Source: Vibrio vulnificus CMCP6
GTDB taxonomy: Bacteria; Pseudomonadota; Gammaproteobacteria; Enterobacterales; Vibrionaceae
DNA length: 32,000 nt
Assembly (NCBI RefSeq): GCF_000039765.1
Contig: NC_004459.3
Location: 1,530,001 to 1,562,000 of the forward strand
Direction of reading: 5' to 3'
Within the stretch, counting starts at the first letter, position 1. Each line of letters starts with the position of its first letter. Below, in pieces: positions 30,503 through 32,000 of the stretch. Position numbers and translations under genes: made by a program. A model generated the notes under the pieces. That model was not told where the DNA came from. It saw only the letters and a list, made by a program, of their open reading frames with translations, and searched no databases.

Positions 30503-32000
30503 TTAGAGCATTTTCTTTAAACGATATAGGGCTTCTAACGCTTGGCGTGGGGTCAGATCATCCGGATCGATGCTGGCCAACGCTTGTTCTACTTCACTTG
30601 GCTCTGGAATGAGGCTTAATTGGTTAGCGATATCCACCGTTCTTGCTTTCGGCTGCGAACCCTCTGCGCTGAGTAGCTCAAGTTGAGACAATTTTTGACG
30701 GGCGTTTTTAATCACCGTTTTTGGAACGCCCGCTAACCCCGCCACCGCCAAACCGTAGGATTTGCTTGCCGCCCCCTCTTGTACGGCGTGCATAAAGGCG
30801 ATGCTGTCGCCATGCTCAACCGCATCAAGATGCACGTTGGCCAAGTGAGGGAGTTGATTTGGCAGTTCTGTCAGTTCAAAGTAATGCGTCGCAAATAGCG
30901 TCATTGCCCCAATCTGAGTCGCAAGCCAGTGTGCGCTTGCCCACGCTAGGGAAAGACCATCATAGGTACTGGTACCACGGCCAATTTCATCCATCAAAAC
31001 TAAGCTATTTGCTGTCGCGTTGTGCAAGATATTGGCTGTTTCTGTCATTTCTACCATGAAGGTTGAACGACCTGACGCGAGATCATCCGATGCACCAATT
31101 CGAGTAAAGATGCGATCAATTGAGCCAATGGTGGCCGATTCTGCAGGAACGTAAGAACCAATGTGCGCCATTAAAGCAATCAATGCGGTTTGGCGCATGT
31201 AGGTGGACTTACCCCCCATGTTTGGACCGGTGATGATCAACATTTTACGTTGGCTGTTCAGTTCAATTGGGTTGGCAATAAAGGGATCGGAAGTGACTTG
31301 TTCTACCACAGGGTGACGACCCGCGGTAATGTGAACGACGGGATCTTTGGTCAAATTTGGGCGGCAATAATCCAGCGTATCAGCACGCTCCGCCAAATTT
31401 TGCAATACATCCAATTGTGCAACCGCTGCTGCCAACTCTTGCAAACGGGCTAGGTGAGGTAGCAATAAATCAAAGAGCTCTTCCCACAGTTGCTTTTCAA
31501 TGGCTAATGCTTTCGATTTTGAGTTGAGAACTTTGTCTTCGTGCTCTTTCAGTTCAGGAATGATGTAACGTTCAGCGTTTTTCAGCGTTTGACGGCGAAC
31601 ATAGTGTGGTGGAACCAAATGGCTTTGACCGCGGCTTACTTGGATGTAGAAACCGTGGACATTGTTGTATCCCACTTTCAGCGTATCGATACCGTGGCGA
31701 TCACGCTCTTCCTCTTCGAGTTTTTCCAAGTAGCCCGTGGCACCGTCTGCAAGATCGCGCCATTCATCCAAATCTGCGCTGTACCCTTCGGCAATGACAC
31801 CTCCATCGCGAATCACTACTGGCGGGTTTTCTTTAATGGCACGTTCGAGCAACTCACACACATCATCCATTGGAGCGGCTGCCGTGGCCAGTGATTTGAG
31901 ATGGCTATTGCCCAGTGAAGACAACGTCTGAGCCAATTCGGGTAGCTGTTGCATCGCATGGCGTAATCGCGCGAGATCGCGTGGACGTGCAGAGCGGAGT
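30503..32000 (-). CDS. mutS: DNA mismatch repair protein MutS, C-terminal ~499 codons (5' part lies beyond the right window edge)
   Basis: It has Walker [25 protein letters not shown] and [12 protein letters not shown]. The track ORF starts at an internal Met (31954). Hand translation shows the frame stays open to 32000 (...[22 protein letters not shown]...). Confidence 0.95.

Noticed and set aside
31190-31931. Plus-strand ORFs (63-117 aa) inside mutS
   Set aside because: They are antisense to the conserved MutS ATPase domain.

Overview
This is a dense, almost entirely housekeeping segment with the gene order of a Vibrio (Vibrionaceae) large chromosome. The order is: nadB' (-), divergent from rpoE-rseA-rseB-rseC; lepA-lepB-rnc-era-recO-pdxJ-acpS; a three-gene accessory-looking operon (porin-like outer-membrane protein, half-size PstS-like periplasmic protein, membrane HAMP-GGDEF diguanylate cyclase); convergent barA/varS (-); rlmD-relA-mazG-pyrG-eno; ftsB-ispD-ispF-truD-surE-pcm-nlpD-rpoS; convergent mutS' (-). 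There are 30 protein-coding genes, two of them cut by the window edges. I saw no rRNA, tRNA, CRISPR array, transposase, integrase or prophage gene. Several ORF-track starts are too long and were trimmed (rnc, pyrG, eno, pcm, truD, rlmD, the cyclase). nadB and the 5' part of mutS are open to the window edges and were read by hand. Intrinsic terminators, one sigma-E-type promoter and a few short repeats and palindromes are annotated by eye. Hunt result: I do not see a wholly novel system (no defence island, toxin-antitoxin pair, secretion or biosynthetic cluster). The one under-explained unit is the OM-barrel / mini-PBP / GGDEF triad at 10.3-13.3 kb. By position I believe it is the counterpart of V. 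cholerae vpvABC. Its cyclase is known to drive rugosity, but the sensed signal and the roles of the first two proteins appear undescribed. All homology statements come from reading the translations and from memory of the families; no database search or computation was run.
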